Positions 54,253-63,580 of a DNA stretch of 64,000 nucleotides are shown piece after piece. Numbering within the stretch: position 1 is the stretch's first letter; each line of letters begins with the position of its first letter. This stretch comes from a virus: IMG/VR virus record IMGVR_UViG_3300030098_007301, positions 64,001-128,000 of that record; one strand, given 5' to 3'. The notes under the pieces were generated by a model, which was not told where the DNA came from, did no database searches, and saw only the letters and a program-made list of their open reading frames with translations. A program made the position numbers and the translations under genes.

Positions 54253-56126
54253 TATTTATCTCCCTCATAAACACTCGCGTAAAGAATTCCAGCTAAAAAA
54301 TCATCCACCTGATGCTCTAAAGCAACTTCTTGAATTTTCTTAACTCTTTCGTGGTCTCTGTCGGTTGGTTCCGCTGCATATCTTCCTGCTTTTGCGAGCC
54401 AACTGTCAGGTTCTTCATTAGCTATAACAATATTAGTAATTTCCCTAGCTACTTCTTTTTGTTGCTTACTGAGCCTTTTCCTGCCATGTAACTGTCGCAA
54501 CGAAGCTTCTACTTCAATATTTAACTTGTCAGAAAGATTCAGATTCTCTTGAATTTTAGATAAACTAAAGTTAAGTGCAGCTTTTGTACCTACTGGAGTT
54601 TTTGTATCAGTTTCTTTTGGCGCTTGAGCTCCGGTAGGCCTACCGTTCATTTGAGCGGCTTTAGCGCCACCAATAATCGGCTCGTACAAACCTTCGTTCC
54701 TAAACTCCTTAAATTTCTTTTGGGATTCCAGTGACTCTTCTTGGGTCGGGAACCTGCCAGACTCTATAGCTTGAACGCCTTCTTCAGGGGTCAAAACTCC
54801 AAGTTCAATAAGTCTACTATATATCCTAGAATAAACCGATGTATCTCTCAAATCCACATCTTCAAAATGAGCAGTTGGGTAATTTTTAAAACCCATTTCT
54901 TTAGAAATTCTTCTAATTTCTGGCATTAGGAAGTTTTCAAGAAAAACTCTACGTCCTTGTTTTAGGCGTTCCATAAACACTTGAACCTTTATACTAGTAT
55001 TAGCGAACTTCTCATCGCTAAGCAAAATATTGTTAAGGCCCATTTGAATGTCTTGATTTACTACATCATATTTTCTTGGATCTAAAATATTGCCTATATC
55101 GGGAATGACAAATTTCGCATCTGTAGTATAATCAGATATTAAAACTCTACCGACAGATTCATTCTCGAAGAGTTTTTGCATAGCCATAAGGTTCTTTTGG
55201 TTAACTCCTCCATCGGCAGGTTTAGCGCCCATTGTTACCAGAAGAATAGCTTGATTAGTGGTGCGGGCTACAGCCATATCCATTTGCTTCATCTCCTGCT
55301 TCCAGTTGATATCCTCTAAGACTGGATACCCCATAGGCACCGCAAAAGGTTCATAATCTTGCTTCTTATAAAACACCGCGCAAAGCTTTGTAGCGTCGAG
55401 TGGAATAGTTATAGCGGTCGCTCCAACTTTTTTTGTATTTTCTATGAGTTTTTTTGTCTCCGGCGGAAGGCTGTCAAAAACTTCTCTATCTTCTTCCGTT
55501 TGAGGGAATCTAAGTCTTTGCAGTTCGTAATCAGTAACTACTTTATAATAAATACCAGTACTAAAAGACACGCTTCCTTGAAGCTGTATGTCAGAAGGGT
55601 TTAAGATAATATACTTGGACGGTATTTCTAAATTGTCGGAAGCTTCGGATAGTCCAAAGGTTTGATTTAATTTTAAAGCGTCAGATCGGTCCATTTTAGC
55701 GTTGAACCTGTAAACGAAAACATTTCCTGATCGATAATACTCTCTGAAAAACCTACTTTGTAGATCATCAATGTTTATTCTAGTGAGCAACGTCTCGAAG
55801 AAATCCCTAGACTTCTTACTTCCTCCTGTATAATAAAGATCACTAATTGAAAACTCGGTCATCAAGTCAATAGTGTTTCTAAATACTGAAAAATTATAAT
55901 ACGCTTTCTGGCACAATATAATAGTGTCCCTAATGTCTATATTAGAATTATTTTTGACTCCATGGGAATATTTAAACGGAATCATGCCGTTTTCGATATT
56001 CCTGAATCTATCCGTCCGAGGTATATCGGCAGCAGCGTTTCTGCGGGTTCTCGTCTGGCTAGCCTTTGCTTCATGCATGGCCATCAGTGGTTCCGCACCT
56101 TGTTCCATTTTCTTCCTTACAGCCAT
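54252..56126 (-). CDS. Portal protein
   Basis: 624 aa directly after the terminase; CQKAYY...RNTIDLM, FFREYYRSGNVF and YKKQDYEPFAVP motifs. Confidence 0.8.
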   Translation of the reverse strand: MAVRKKMEQGAEPLMAMHEAKASQTRTRRNAAADIPRTDRFRNIENGMIPFKYSHGVKNNSNIDIRDTIILCQKAYYNFSVFRNTIDLMTEFSISDLYYTGGSKKSRDFFETLLTRINIDDLQSRFFREYYRSGNVFVYRFNAKMDRSDALKLNQTFGLSEASDNLEIPSKYIILNPSDIQLQGSVSFSTGIYYKVVTDYELQRLRFPQTEEDREVFDSLPPETKKLIENTKKVGATAITIPLDATKLCAVFYKKQDYEPFAVPMGYPVLEDINWKQEMKQMDMAVARTTNQAILLVTMGAKPADGGVNQKNLMAMQKLFENESVGRVLISDYTTDAKFVIPDIGNILDPRKYDVVNQDIQMGLNNILLSDEKFANTSIKVQVFMERLKQGRRVFLENFLMPEIRRISKEMGFKNYPTAHFEDVDLRDTSVYSRIYSRLIELGVLTPEEGVQAIESGRFPTQEESLESQKKFKEFRNEGLYEPIIGGAKAAQMNGRPTGAQAPKETDTKTPVGTKAALNFSLSKIQENLNLSDKLNIEVEASLRQLHGRKRLSKQQKEVAREITNIVIANEEPDSWLAKAGRYAAEPTDRDHERVKKIQEVALEHQVDDFLAGILYASVYEGDK

Positions 56127-56141
56127 AATTTACTTTAAATT

Positions 56142-56146
56142 TACAC
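56142..56146 (-). promoter_or_regulatory. GTGTA putative late promoter element (portal)
   Basis: AAGTGTAAAT follows the TerL stop, 15 nt before the portal ATG. Confidence 0.55.
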
Positions 56147-57979
56147 TTAACCAAACATTTTGGGAGTAAATGTATAGTTAATTTGCTCCTGCTTAGTATT
56201 TTTAAGGTCATTATAAGCTTTAATAGCCCAATTTCCCAACATTAAAGTAGTATAGTTATCTTTTCTCGCTCTGTTGGCAGATGTGCTTCTTTTTAAATGC
56301 TGAGGAAGATCAAATGTCTGAATTCCTTTGGCCGTAGTTTTAACCTCCACAAGCGCGCATTGTTTTTTCGTTTGGTAAACAATATCGTCTTGAAATTCGA
56401 TCAGGTCTCCTTTGTCCTGATACGGCATCAGTTTCAATGGGACAGCTTGAGCTGAGACTTTGTCAAAGAAGCTGCCACACGCAGCCGTTCGGGAGGCAAA
56501 CCAAATCCTTTTATGATCAATAGAAGCTTGCAGGTATTCATTGGCCTCTCTTAGAAAAATGCTAGAAAACAATTGTTTGAAGCAAATCATTTGCTCTTTT
56601 ACATTATATTGACTTTTCGCCTTGAGAAGCATCTGCTGGTAATCGTTTCCAGTTTTATCGCTGTTAAATTCAAAAAATTTCAAGTCTATGTTAGCGCTTC
56701 TAAATAACTCTGATTCATTTGCGCTATCTATAAATTGATATCCAGCATTATCTATAATCAACAAAACAATATTAAAATTAGTCATTAAATAATGAAGATA
56801 TTTTATATGATCTTTTAAGTCTCCTCCAGCTACAGCATATGCATGGACCAAAGTTGACTCGTTGCTTTTCTCTTCATCAAGCTCTAAAACCGACATTGCA
56901 AAGTAATCCGAACTTGGACTGTTACTAAAACTAGGGTCGATAGCCAGAATATATTCTTTATCTTTTTCTCCTTTTATTAAAGTGTGTTGCTTCTCTCCAT
57001 CTGGGATTGTGCAATCATGCATTTTCTTTGCGCTAAAATAGCTGTCACTACCATCAGTGAATTGAGCGCAATATTCCCGCTGAAACGAAGAATTAGAAGA
57101 TCCACCGGATTGAGCTTCTTCAATTACGGTACTGTCAATCATATCGCTAGGAATAGAATCAAAAGCCATCTGGGATATAAAATAACTAGACTGCTGTATG
57201 TCTTCAGAGTAGATGTTATTCATCCATTCCTTATAGGTTTTAAAAAGGTTTTCAAAACTAAAGCTAGCAGAAGACAAGGCTATCATTTTAGAATTGTTTC
57301 CAAATTGAACCCTATCCTCCTCTTTCATGTCTCCTTTCTTTATTAACTCATCTTCTATCTCCCGTATCTTAATACGCTCGGCCATATCTTGAGGAGCGAC
57401 CAAAAAAGGCATTAGAACCGTTTTAATAGTTTCTTCAGGCAATAATAAAAATTCATCAAGCACCAATATATTCGCACGAAAACCACGAATCTTTTCACCG
57501 CTTAAAGGGATAGCTGTAATAGTGCCTTCATTTATTTTCCACTCAAACTGGTCATTACGCTTAGACTTAGCGCCGAAAGCGTGAGCTAACATTTGAGCCT
57601 CTTTAGACTCTACTATCTTTTCAAGATTGTTGAATATAAACCTAGCCGTACGAAAAGTAGGTCCTGCAATGAGTATTTTAGTTCTAGGTTCAAAAATGCA
57701 CTGCAGGAAACAATACACGGCCGCAATAAAACTTTTACCGCATCCACGCCCCCATACGCACATGCTAAAGTTACGATTGAAAAATGCTTTTAGAGTTATC
57801 TCTTGGTATAAGGCTAATTTAATTCCCGAAAGTAATTCGGTAGTAAATCCAAGATTAGAGCGCATAAACTTGGCTAATGTAATTTTAGCCTGACGATCTG
57901 GAAGTTCCCCTTTTAAATTAAGAAACTCTTCATTTAAATTGGGTATGGACTTGGAATATTTTTCAGGGCAGTACCACAT
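56147..57979 (-). CDS. terL: Terminase large subunit
   Basis: Walker A GRGCGKS, Walker B ILVLDE, ALSSA coupling motif, FQREY, RNase-H-like LAIDP...D...KD. Confidence 0.93.
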   Translation of the reverse strand: MWYCPEKYSKSIPNLNEEFLNLKGELPDRQAKITLAKFMRSNLGFTTELLSGIKLALYQEITLKAFFNRNFSMCVWGRGCGKSFIAAVYCFLQCIFEPRTKILIAGPTFRTARFIFNNLEKIVESKEAQMLAHAFGAKSKRNDQFEWKINEGTITAIPLSGEKIRGFRANILVLDEFLLLPEETIKTVLMPFLVAPQDMAERIKIREIEDELIKKGDMKEEDRVQFGNNSKMIALSSASFSFENLFKTYKEWMNNIYSEDIQQSSYFISQMAFDSIPSDMIDSTVIEEAQSGGSSNSSFQREYCAQFTDGSDSYFSAKKMHDCTIPDGEKQHTLIKGEKDKEYILAIDPSFSNSPSSDYFAMSVLELDEEKSNESTLVHAYAVAGGDLKDHIKYLHYLMTNFNIVLLIIDNAGYQFIDSANESELFRSANIDLKFFEFNSDKTGNDYQQMLLKAKSQYNVKEQMICFKQLFSSIFLREANEYLQASIDHKRIWFASRTAACGSFFDKVSAQAVPLKLMPYQDKGDLIEFQDDIVYQTKKQCALVEVKTTAKGIQTFDLPQHLKRSTSANRARKDNYTTLMLGNWAIKAYNDLKNTKQEQINYTFTPKMFG

Positions 57980-58917
57980 TATAACAATTTTAGATCATAG
58001 GCTAGTTGCAGGTCATGCTTTTCATCTAATACATCCGATAGTAAAAGTTTTTTAACTATCCTAATACATTCATCCCGACCATTGACAAAGAGAAACTGAA
58101 TATGAGGAAATTCCTGTATTAAGTCTCTAACATTATGGAAAATAAAATCAGGAGTTACTCGGGTATTTTTTTTATAAACATGTTTTAGTCTGTTAAATGC
58201 CAAACAGTCTTCTAATTTTCTTTCTACTAAAATAACCATGTAAGCGTCTTCTTCGGCCGCTCTATTTATTTCATTTTTAAATCTTTCTAAACCTGAACTT
58301 AAAGTCCCTATCAAATCCGGCACTGACTTCCTTTCTATATAGGTATTATTAGTTTTCTCTTTGTCGTTTAAACAATAGTCTCCAAATTTCAAACCTTTAA
58401 CTTCAGTTGGAAAATCATCTATCCTTAAAGGCTTTTGCTCGCGCGAATCAATGTAAATTAAATGTTCATTTGAATAAGTTTCCTTGTATTCTTTTTTTAC
58501 AGGGATTTTTTTAAACTTGTTTTCATATCCTATTTCTTCACAAAGCTTATAATAACTATCAAAAATTATTTCATAATATTGGACCGGAGGCATTGGCAAT
58601 GTCCGCAGCTCTACTTGAGTAGGAGCATATTTTATATTTTTTTCATCTTTTCTTTTTTGAAGAATGTCTCGGCAATAAGCTTGAGCTTTATCTATTGAGA
58701 CCTTTTTTAGCCAACTTTTCAAGTTAGTTTTACTATTAAAATCCAAAGAAAAATATTGTTCTTTATTTTTAAATTTTATCAAGTCTCCCGTATGTCTATC
58801 TTTCCTAGGGAAATACTTATGATAATAATCCGATATAGATAATTTATGGGCCTTGATATGAAGATGTAGTCCTCTATCTTTATCAAATTCTTTACCGCAT
58901 TCTTGACATTTAACCAT
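57979..58917 (-). CDS. C2H2 zinc finger plus ERCC4/XPF-family nuclease
   Basis: CQECGKEF...LHLHIKAH; IDSREQKP, GDY and IERKS..DL catalytic motifs. Confidence 0.85.
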   Translation of the reverse strand: MVKCQECGKEFDKDRGLHLHIKAHKLSISDYYHKYFPRKDRHTGDLIKFKNKEQYFSLDFNSKTNLKSWLKKVSIDKAQAYCRDILQKRKDEKNIKYAPTQVELRTLPMPPVQYYEIIFDSYYKLCEEIGYENKFKKIPVKKEYKETYSNEHLIYIDSREQKPLRIDDFPTEVKGLKFGDYCLNDKEKTNNTYIERKSVPDLIGTLSSGLERFKNEINRAAEEDAYMVILVERKLEDCLAFNRLKHVYKKNTRVTPDFIFHNVRDLIQEFPHIQFLFVNGRDECIRIVKKLLLSDVLDEKHDLQLAYDLKLL

Positions 58918-60019
58918 TTAAAACTTCTTCCTCACTAATACCCATTATACGAGATTTTATATCTTCCATAGAACTAAGCCTTTCTATTTCTGAAGATATA
59001 TTTTTCTTGCGTATTTCAGCTATCTTTATCATTTTATTACGAGACTCCTCGTCTTTCCAAAGTTCTACAAGGTTTAGTATAGACGCTGACTCTTGTAAAA
59101 CCTTGCTTAACCTCTGGCTCCTTTTCTCCTTCAACTCGTTAAGGAGTTTAGTCTGCCTATTGACACATTGATTGTATTCAGTTTGCGCAGTATTGATCGC
59201 CTCCACTAAGCTCATAGCCATCCTGCGGCCTTCTGTGTCTTCTGCGTTTTGATCTAATAAAGTCTGGAGTCTCTCTACTCTTCTTTGGATATTCGAAGCT
59301 ATAACTACTTCCGCCGATAAAACAATGTACTGATCTACTTCTTCTTGGGAGAGATCTGATTTGTCCCACGTATATCTCACAAAGCTACTCTCAAATAATT
59401 CCCTATCAGTCTCTACTGCGTAAGTACTTATCTGATGAAGAAATCTAAAGGTATGCATATAAGCAATTAAAGTGCTCATATTCTTTTTTATCTTTGGGGT
59501 TATTTTATCTTTATCTATTCCATTATGAACATACTTGTTGACCCTTACTATCGCTCTTGATTCTGATTTAGGAGGAGTATAGCCTCCCTCTACAGGAACG
59601 TCATCATTACTATCTGAATATTTAATTTGATTAGGTAGGGTGTTGATAAACTCCGCTACGACCTTATATCTTAAATCTAAAGCTGAAATTTTATTGTCTT
59701 CGAAGATTAACCGAGCCATGTCCATTGGCTTCATGGCGCTACAATTATTTGAAATGAATTCTTTTTGGTCTTCGTTAAGTTCTACTTTTTCTTTTGGGTA
59801 ATATTTATTAGTGACTTTAGCTTCTAAGCTTTTTTCTGCCAAAAACTTTTTAACAGCCCTCCCATATTTAGATCTTCCGTCCTTCATCTCCTCTGGAACA
59901 TCAGGGAAGACTAGAGCTATAAGCTCCTTGACGTAAGGTGGATCATCTCCTCTTCTATTCCATTCTTCTAATATAGCTAATTCTTGATCCTTGTTTAAAC
60001 TTATATTTTTATTACTCAT
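58910..60019 (-). CDS. Hypothetical protein (candidate small terminase or packaging factor)
   Basis: 369 aa helical protein with a C-terminal coiled coil, two genes upstream of TerL. Function inferred from position only. Confidence 0.45.
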   Translation of the reverse strand: MSNKNISLNKDQELAILEEWNRRGDDPPYVKELIALVFPDVPEEMKDGRSKYGRAVKKFLAEKSLEAKVTNKYYPKEKVELNEDQKEFISNNCSAMKPMDMARLIFEDNKISALDLRYKVVAEFINTLPNQIKYSDSNDDVPVEGGYTPPKSESRAIVRVNKYVHNGIDKDKITPKIKKNMSTLIAYMHTFRFLHQISTYAVETDRELFESSFVRYTWDKSDLSQEEVDQYIVLSAEVVIASNIQRRVERLQTLLDQNAEDTEGRRMAMSLVEAINTAQTEYNQCVNRQTKLLNELKEKRSQRLSKVLQESASILNLVELWKDEESRNKMIKIAEIRKKNISSEIERLSSMEDIKSRIMGISEEEVLNG

Positions 60020-60699
60020 AGTATTTCTATCTCGCCGCTAGCTATAATCTTTTTGACTTTTAAGATAATTGATTTTTTTACATTTTTTATTTGTTTGTAG
60101 CCCGGAACTCTATTTTTCTCATTAGTCTTATACCCCATTAAAGTAGCAGCATCTTCTTCAGACATGTTGTCGATGTATAAAGCTTTATAAATTTTCCACT
60201 CGCTAGACTTAAGAATTTCTTTCATTTTTTCGTTAAGCTTTTCCATTAATGCAAAAATGTCTATATCGCTATATTCAGCAGCGTTAATTTCTATTTCGTG
60301 GTCGTTTATGGAAACTGGGAGTTTTGCGTCATAGGCTTGTTTTCTCGTCTTCATCCAATTTGCAAAAAGAGGGCATGCTTCTGATTGTCTGCCGTATATG
60401 TAACACAAATCACCCGACTCAGCAGCAGCGCATTTCAAACAAGGTCGACAATAATTTCCATAGTTGTTACGGATTAAATTTTTTATCTGATTAGATATAA
60501 TCCTGTTTATCCATGGATTAAGCGGCTTCTGTGGGTCGTAAAGATGCCACTTTTTAAATATATGAATTCTTAGAATTTGTGAGACATCATCAAAATCCAT
60601 CCACGAGAGCGCGGTCAAATTCCATTTGGATTTTCTTTTTTTTATCTCTGCATCTATTTGTTCTATATGGTCTTCAAATTTTAGCTTACGTTTCGGCAT
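60016..60699 (-). CDS. Phage sigma70-family (ECF-like) sigma factor with a Cys-rich linker
   Basis: Region-2-like DFDDVSQ...YDP..PL.PWINRII.NQIKNLIR; region-4-like LKSSEWKIY...MSEEDAATLMG. Confidence 0.75.
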   Translation of the reverse strand: MPKRKLKFEDHIEQIDAEIKKRKSKWNLTALSWMDFDDVSQILRIHIFKKWHLYDPQKPLNPWINRIISNQIKNLIRNNYGNYCRPCLKCAAAESGDLCYIYGRQSEACPLFANWMKTRKQAYDAKLPVSINDHEIEINAAEYSDIDIFALMEKLNEKMKEILKSSEWKIYKALYIDNMSEEDAATLMGYKTNEKNRVPGYKQIKNVKKSIILKVKKIIASGEIEIL

Positions 60700-61075
60700 T
60701 ACGACGGGATGACCCAGCTTCCCTTAAAAAATCCTGCTCTGCAGTATCTTTTGAATAACTAGGATCTACTTCCCTCCTGTAGCCGTCGTCTATTTTTTTT
60801 TCATTTGAACCTGCTAATTCTTCTATTTTAAAATGATTCATTCTAGAAGAACCTTCTATATTAAAGTCTAGTTTATCTATACTCGTAGAAAAATATTCCT
60901 CCTCTTCTTCCTCCTCTATTTTTGTATTTTGTACCGTAGCTACAGGTTTGAATACTTTTTTTGCGGTGGAGGCGGTACTGATTTTAGTAAAAGAACTACC
61001 ACAAGAAGCACAAAATTGAGGCTTATTCAAAGAGTACTCCGTGCCGGAGCCGCAAGATGGGCAATAAAGTTTCAT
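60686..61075 (-). CDS. Zinc-ribbon protein
   Basis: CPSCG...FCASCG N-terminus, acidic C-terminus; GTGTA at 61085-61089. Confidence 0.75.
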   Translation of the reverse strand: MKLYCPSCGSGTEYSLNKPQFCASCGSSFTKISTASTAKKVFKPVATVQNTKIEEEEEEEYFSTSIDKLDFNIEGSSRMNHFKIEELAGSNEKKIDDGYRREVDPSYSKDTAEQDFLREAGSSRRNAET

Positions 61076-61145
61076 ATTTTTTATTACACAAAATATATTA
61101 TTAAAAAATAAAGGTTTTTCAAAAAAAGTGTATTATACTATAAGT

Positions 61146-61430
61146 ATGCGTAGCTCTAAGTTCACAAATGCGGATGGCGTTGAATATGAGTTATTGTGGA
61201 AAAAACCACACTATAAGTACAACGCGGAGGGATTGTGCTGTTCCCCGGAGGCTGATGATCCTAAAATATTAATTGATCCTACATTAAAAAATAGAAGGAA
61301 AATGAGTGTGTTAATAGAAGAAATCACTCACGCTTTCTTTTGGGAAAAAAGCGAAAGGGAAGTCCGAAAGTTCTCTTCTACTTTAGCTAAATTAATTCAA
61401 AAAAACATTAAGGAACCTCGTTCTCATTAA
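61146..61430 (+). CDS. Small zincin-like hypothetical protein (EExxH instead of HExxH)
   Basis: ILIDPTL...VLIEEITHA...E.EV. The track's GTG start at 61128 is the GTGTA motif itself, so ATG 61146 is preferred. Confidence 0.55.
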   Translation: MRSSKFTNADGVEYELLWKKPHYKYNAEGLCCSPEADDPKILIDPTLKNRRKMSVLIEEITHAFFWEKSEREVRKFSSTLAKLIQKNIKEPRSH

Positions 61431-62169
61431 TTTTACTTACTATAAATTTAGTTAGTTCTGACCGAACAATGTCTTCTTCGTTAAATTCAAATGTATGAAT
61501 TCCCATCTGACGACTATCCTCATCATTAAAAATATGATAAAGCTTTTCAAACCCTCCGCGGTTTCCGTTTTTTAAATCAGTCTGCATTGGGTCCGCCATT
61601 ATAAAACATCTAGAGTATTTACCGATACGAGTTAGCACTGTAACTATTTCTCTAAAAGAACTATTTTGAGCTTCGTCCAGTAAAATAGCTTTACCATTCC
61701 AACTCATGCCTCTAGCGAAATTAACTGGATGAATAGACACTCTCTTTTCTTTTTGTAGTTTTTTTACAGTTTCTTCGTTTAAAAGCTCGTCTAGTTTATC
61801 CATAAAAGGTAGATTATAATAATGAAGCTTTTCGTCAGCGTCTCCGGGAAGAAAGCCTAATCGGGAATCAGAGCTCTCTACCGCCGACCTCATATATATC
61901 ACATCGGACACTTTAGATTGATTAAGAAGCTGTAAAGCTGCATATACAGCAGTTAAAGTTTTAGAGCTCCCCGCAGGTCCTTTACATAAAACAAGCCGTG
62001 TGTTTTTACTTTGAGATATCTCGATAAAACGTTTTTGTTTTTCTGTCCAAGGTAATTCTTCTATATAAAAATTATCCCTAGGTTTCATTGGGTCTCGCTG
62101 GTGAATCTTAACCCTTCCGTCCGCAACCTCGAGGGAATCGAAATCCCCTGCGCTTTTTACTTTTGGCAT
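61408..62169 (-). CDS. phoH: PhoH-family ATPase
   Basis: GPAGSSKT, LGFLPGD..EK, ARG, ILLDEAQN, LTRIG, DIVRS. Start 62169 is preferred over 62178 from motif spacing. Confidence 0.92.
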   Translation of the reverse strand: MPKVKSAGDFDSLEVADGRVKIHQRDPMKPRDNFYIEELPWTEKQKRFIEISQSKNTRLVLCKGPAGSSKTLTAVYAALQLLNQSKVSDVIYMRSAVESSDSRLGFLPGDADEKLHYYNLPFMDKLDELLNEETVKKLQKEKRVSIHPVNFARGMSWNGKAILLDEAQNSSFREIVTVLTRIGKYSRCFIMADPMQTDLKNGNRGGFEKLYHIFNDEDSRQMGIHTFEFNEEDIVRSELTKFIVSKINENEVP

Positions 62170-62178
62170 CAATATCAT

Positions 62179-62199
62179 TTTACACTAAAAAAGTGTAAT
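62179..62199. promoter_or_regulatory. Back-to-back divergent GTGTA elements (TTACACT-AAAAA-AGTGTAA)
   Basis: Inverted pair, 11 nt before the phoH ATG and 17 nt before ATG 62215. Confidence 0.65.
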
Positions 62200-62214
62200 A
62201 CCCTAAAGAAACTT

Positions 62215-62724
62215 ATGAACGAGGTAACAAATACAATTCCTGAAGTTATAAATATAGCCAATGAATTTGGTCAGCTAACCGCAGGAGAAATAAATAAAGA
62301 AAAAGTAGAGGGTTTTTTAGAGGGACTAATTGGTGAGTATGGTTGGCTTCTTTTAATAGCTATAGTGACTATTATGGCCAGAGACATGATAATGAATTTT
62401 GCGCAGGGCATACTTGTGTTTATGGGTAATAATTTTAATAACGATGACATTATTTATATTTCTGGTCGTCAAGCGCGTATAGTTCGCGTCGGAATTCGTA
62501 ATACGGTTTTTTACATGACAGACCGCAAAACTAAGATGTTGGTGCCCAATGAGCAATTAAAACAACTTACGATTGAAAAAACTTTACCTAAAAATGGAGG
62601 AGAGCCTTATTTACCAAAAGCTAGCGATCCCGGTTTTGTTGGCTGGGAGGAAGTTCCTATAAATCCTCCACCCATGCAAGTTGAAGTAGTTAGTAAGACT
62701 ACTTCTCCGCGAACTAAAAAATGA
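62215..62724 (+). CDS. Truncated MscS-like membrane protein
   Basis: TM helix followed by NFAQGILVF..NNFNNDDIIYISG..ARIVRVGIRNT...LVPNEQL, matching MscS TM3 and the beta domain. Confidence 0.65.
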   Translation: MNEVTNTIPEVINIANEFGQLTAGEINKEKVEGFLEGLIGEYGWLLLIAIVTIMARDMIMNFAQGILVFMGNNFNNDDIIYISGRQARIVRVGIRNTVFYMTDRKTKMLVPNEQLKQLTIEKTLPKNGGEPYLPKASDPGFVGWEEVPINPPPMQVEVVSKTTSPRTKK

Positions 62725-62945
62725 AAAAGATATTATTATTAAGTGTTTTTCTTTTATCTGGGTGCATGTCTATTGATGAAAAAGGCAGACTGGAAAAGGT
62801 TAGGTTTTCTGTCCCTGCGTTTTTTCAGGTAGAAATGGACTATTATAAAGATAGAGAAAATTTAGGGAGACCAGTTGTAAATACTAACGCCCCTCCAAAA
62901 ATAGGTAATCCATATCCAAAATTAATGGAAATGACTCGAAAATAA
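62721..62945 (+). CDS. Small lipoprotein
   Basis: MKKILLLSVFLLSG-C lipobox; ATGA overlap with the MscS-like gene. Confidence 0.7.
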   Translation: MKKILLLSVFLLSGCMSIDEKGRLEKVRFSVPAFFQVEMDYYKDRENLGRPVVNTNAPPKIGNPYPKLMEMTRK

Positions 62946-62965
62946 GTGTAAAAGAATATAGAGAA

Positions 62966-63529
62966 ATGAAAGAAATAGATTTCACTGAACAAATCGTTAA
63001 ATGGCGCGAAGAACAGGAAGCCGCCATGACTAAAAAGCAGTACGAAAAAGTCGATACTAAAGAGCTGAAACGTGACAATAAAAAAGAAAAAAAGGAACAC
63101 GAAAAAGACGCTCTCAAAGATGACGATAGCAAAATCAAAAAATTAAAGAAGGGTAAACCTTCTGAGAAGAAGAGCGTAGAAGTTCATGATATAAAGAAAG
63201 ACGAGAAATACGATAAGAAAAAGCTCAAAGAAATGAAGAGCGCAGTTCTTTCTACTAAAACAAAAAATGATCTACCCGATTCGGATTTTGCTTATATCGA
63301 GCCGGGAGGGGAAAAAGATTCTGAGGGGAAAACGACACCCCGATCATTACGTCACCTTCCAATTAATGATGCTGCTCATGTGCGTAATGCATTAGCTAGG
63401 TTAGACCAAACCAAAATCAGTGAAGAGGCCAAAAAGTCAGCTCTGAAAAAAATTAAAGCTGCGGCCAAGAAGTTCGGAATTAAGGTCAGTGAGGCATCAG
63501 CTTCTATAGATTATTCTGATCTATACTAA
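62966..63529 (+). CDS. Lys/Glu-rich protein with a C-terminal LPDSDFA...HVRNALAR domain (DUF6582-like)
   Basis: Motif recognised from phage head-associated proteins; GTGTA at 62946-62950. Confidence 0.65.
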   Translation: MKEIDFTEQIVKWREEQEAAMTKKQYEKVDTKELKRDNKKEKKEHEKDALKDDDSKIKKLKKGKPSEKKSVEVHDIKKDEKYDKKKLKEMKSAVLSTKTKNDLPDSDFAYIEPGGEKDSEGKTTPRSLRHLPINDAAHVRNALARLDQTKISEEAKKSALKKIKAAAKKFGIKVSEASASIDYSDLY

Positions 63530-63545
63530 TTAATAAGAAATGAAA

Positions 63546-63580
63546 CAAAAAGCCCCGCGCAATGCGGGGCTTTATTTTTT
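63546..63580. terminator. Bidirectional Rho-independent terminator
   Basis: AAAAAGCCCCGC-GCAAT-GCGGGGCTTTATTTTTT between convergent genes. Confidence 0.85.

Noticed and set aside
691-57893. Numerous plus-strand ORFs of 60-180 aa (e.g. 1114-1569, 15425-15892, 23828-24331, 30448-30999, 32307-32822)
   Set aside because: These are antisense shadows of long minus-strand genes, with no RBS, promoter or recognisable motifs.
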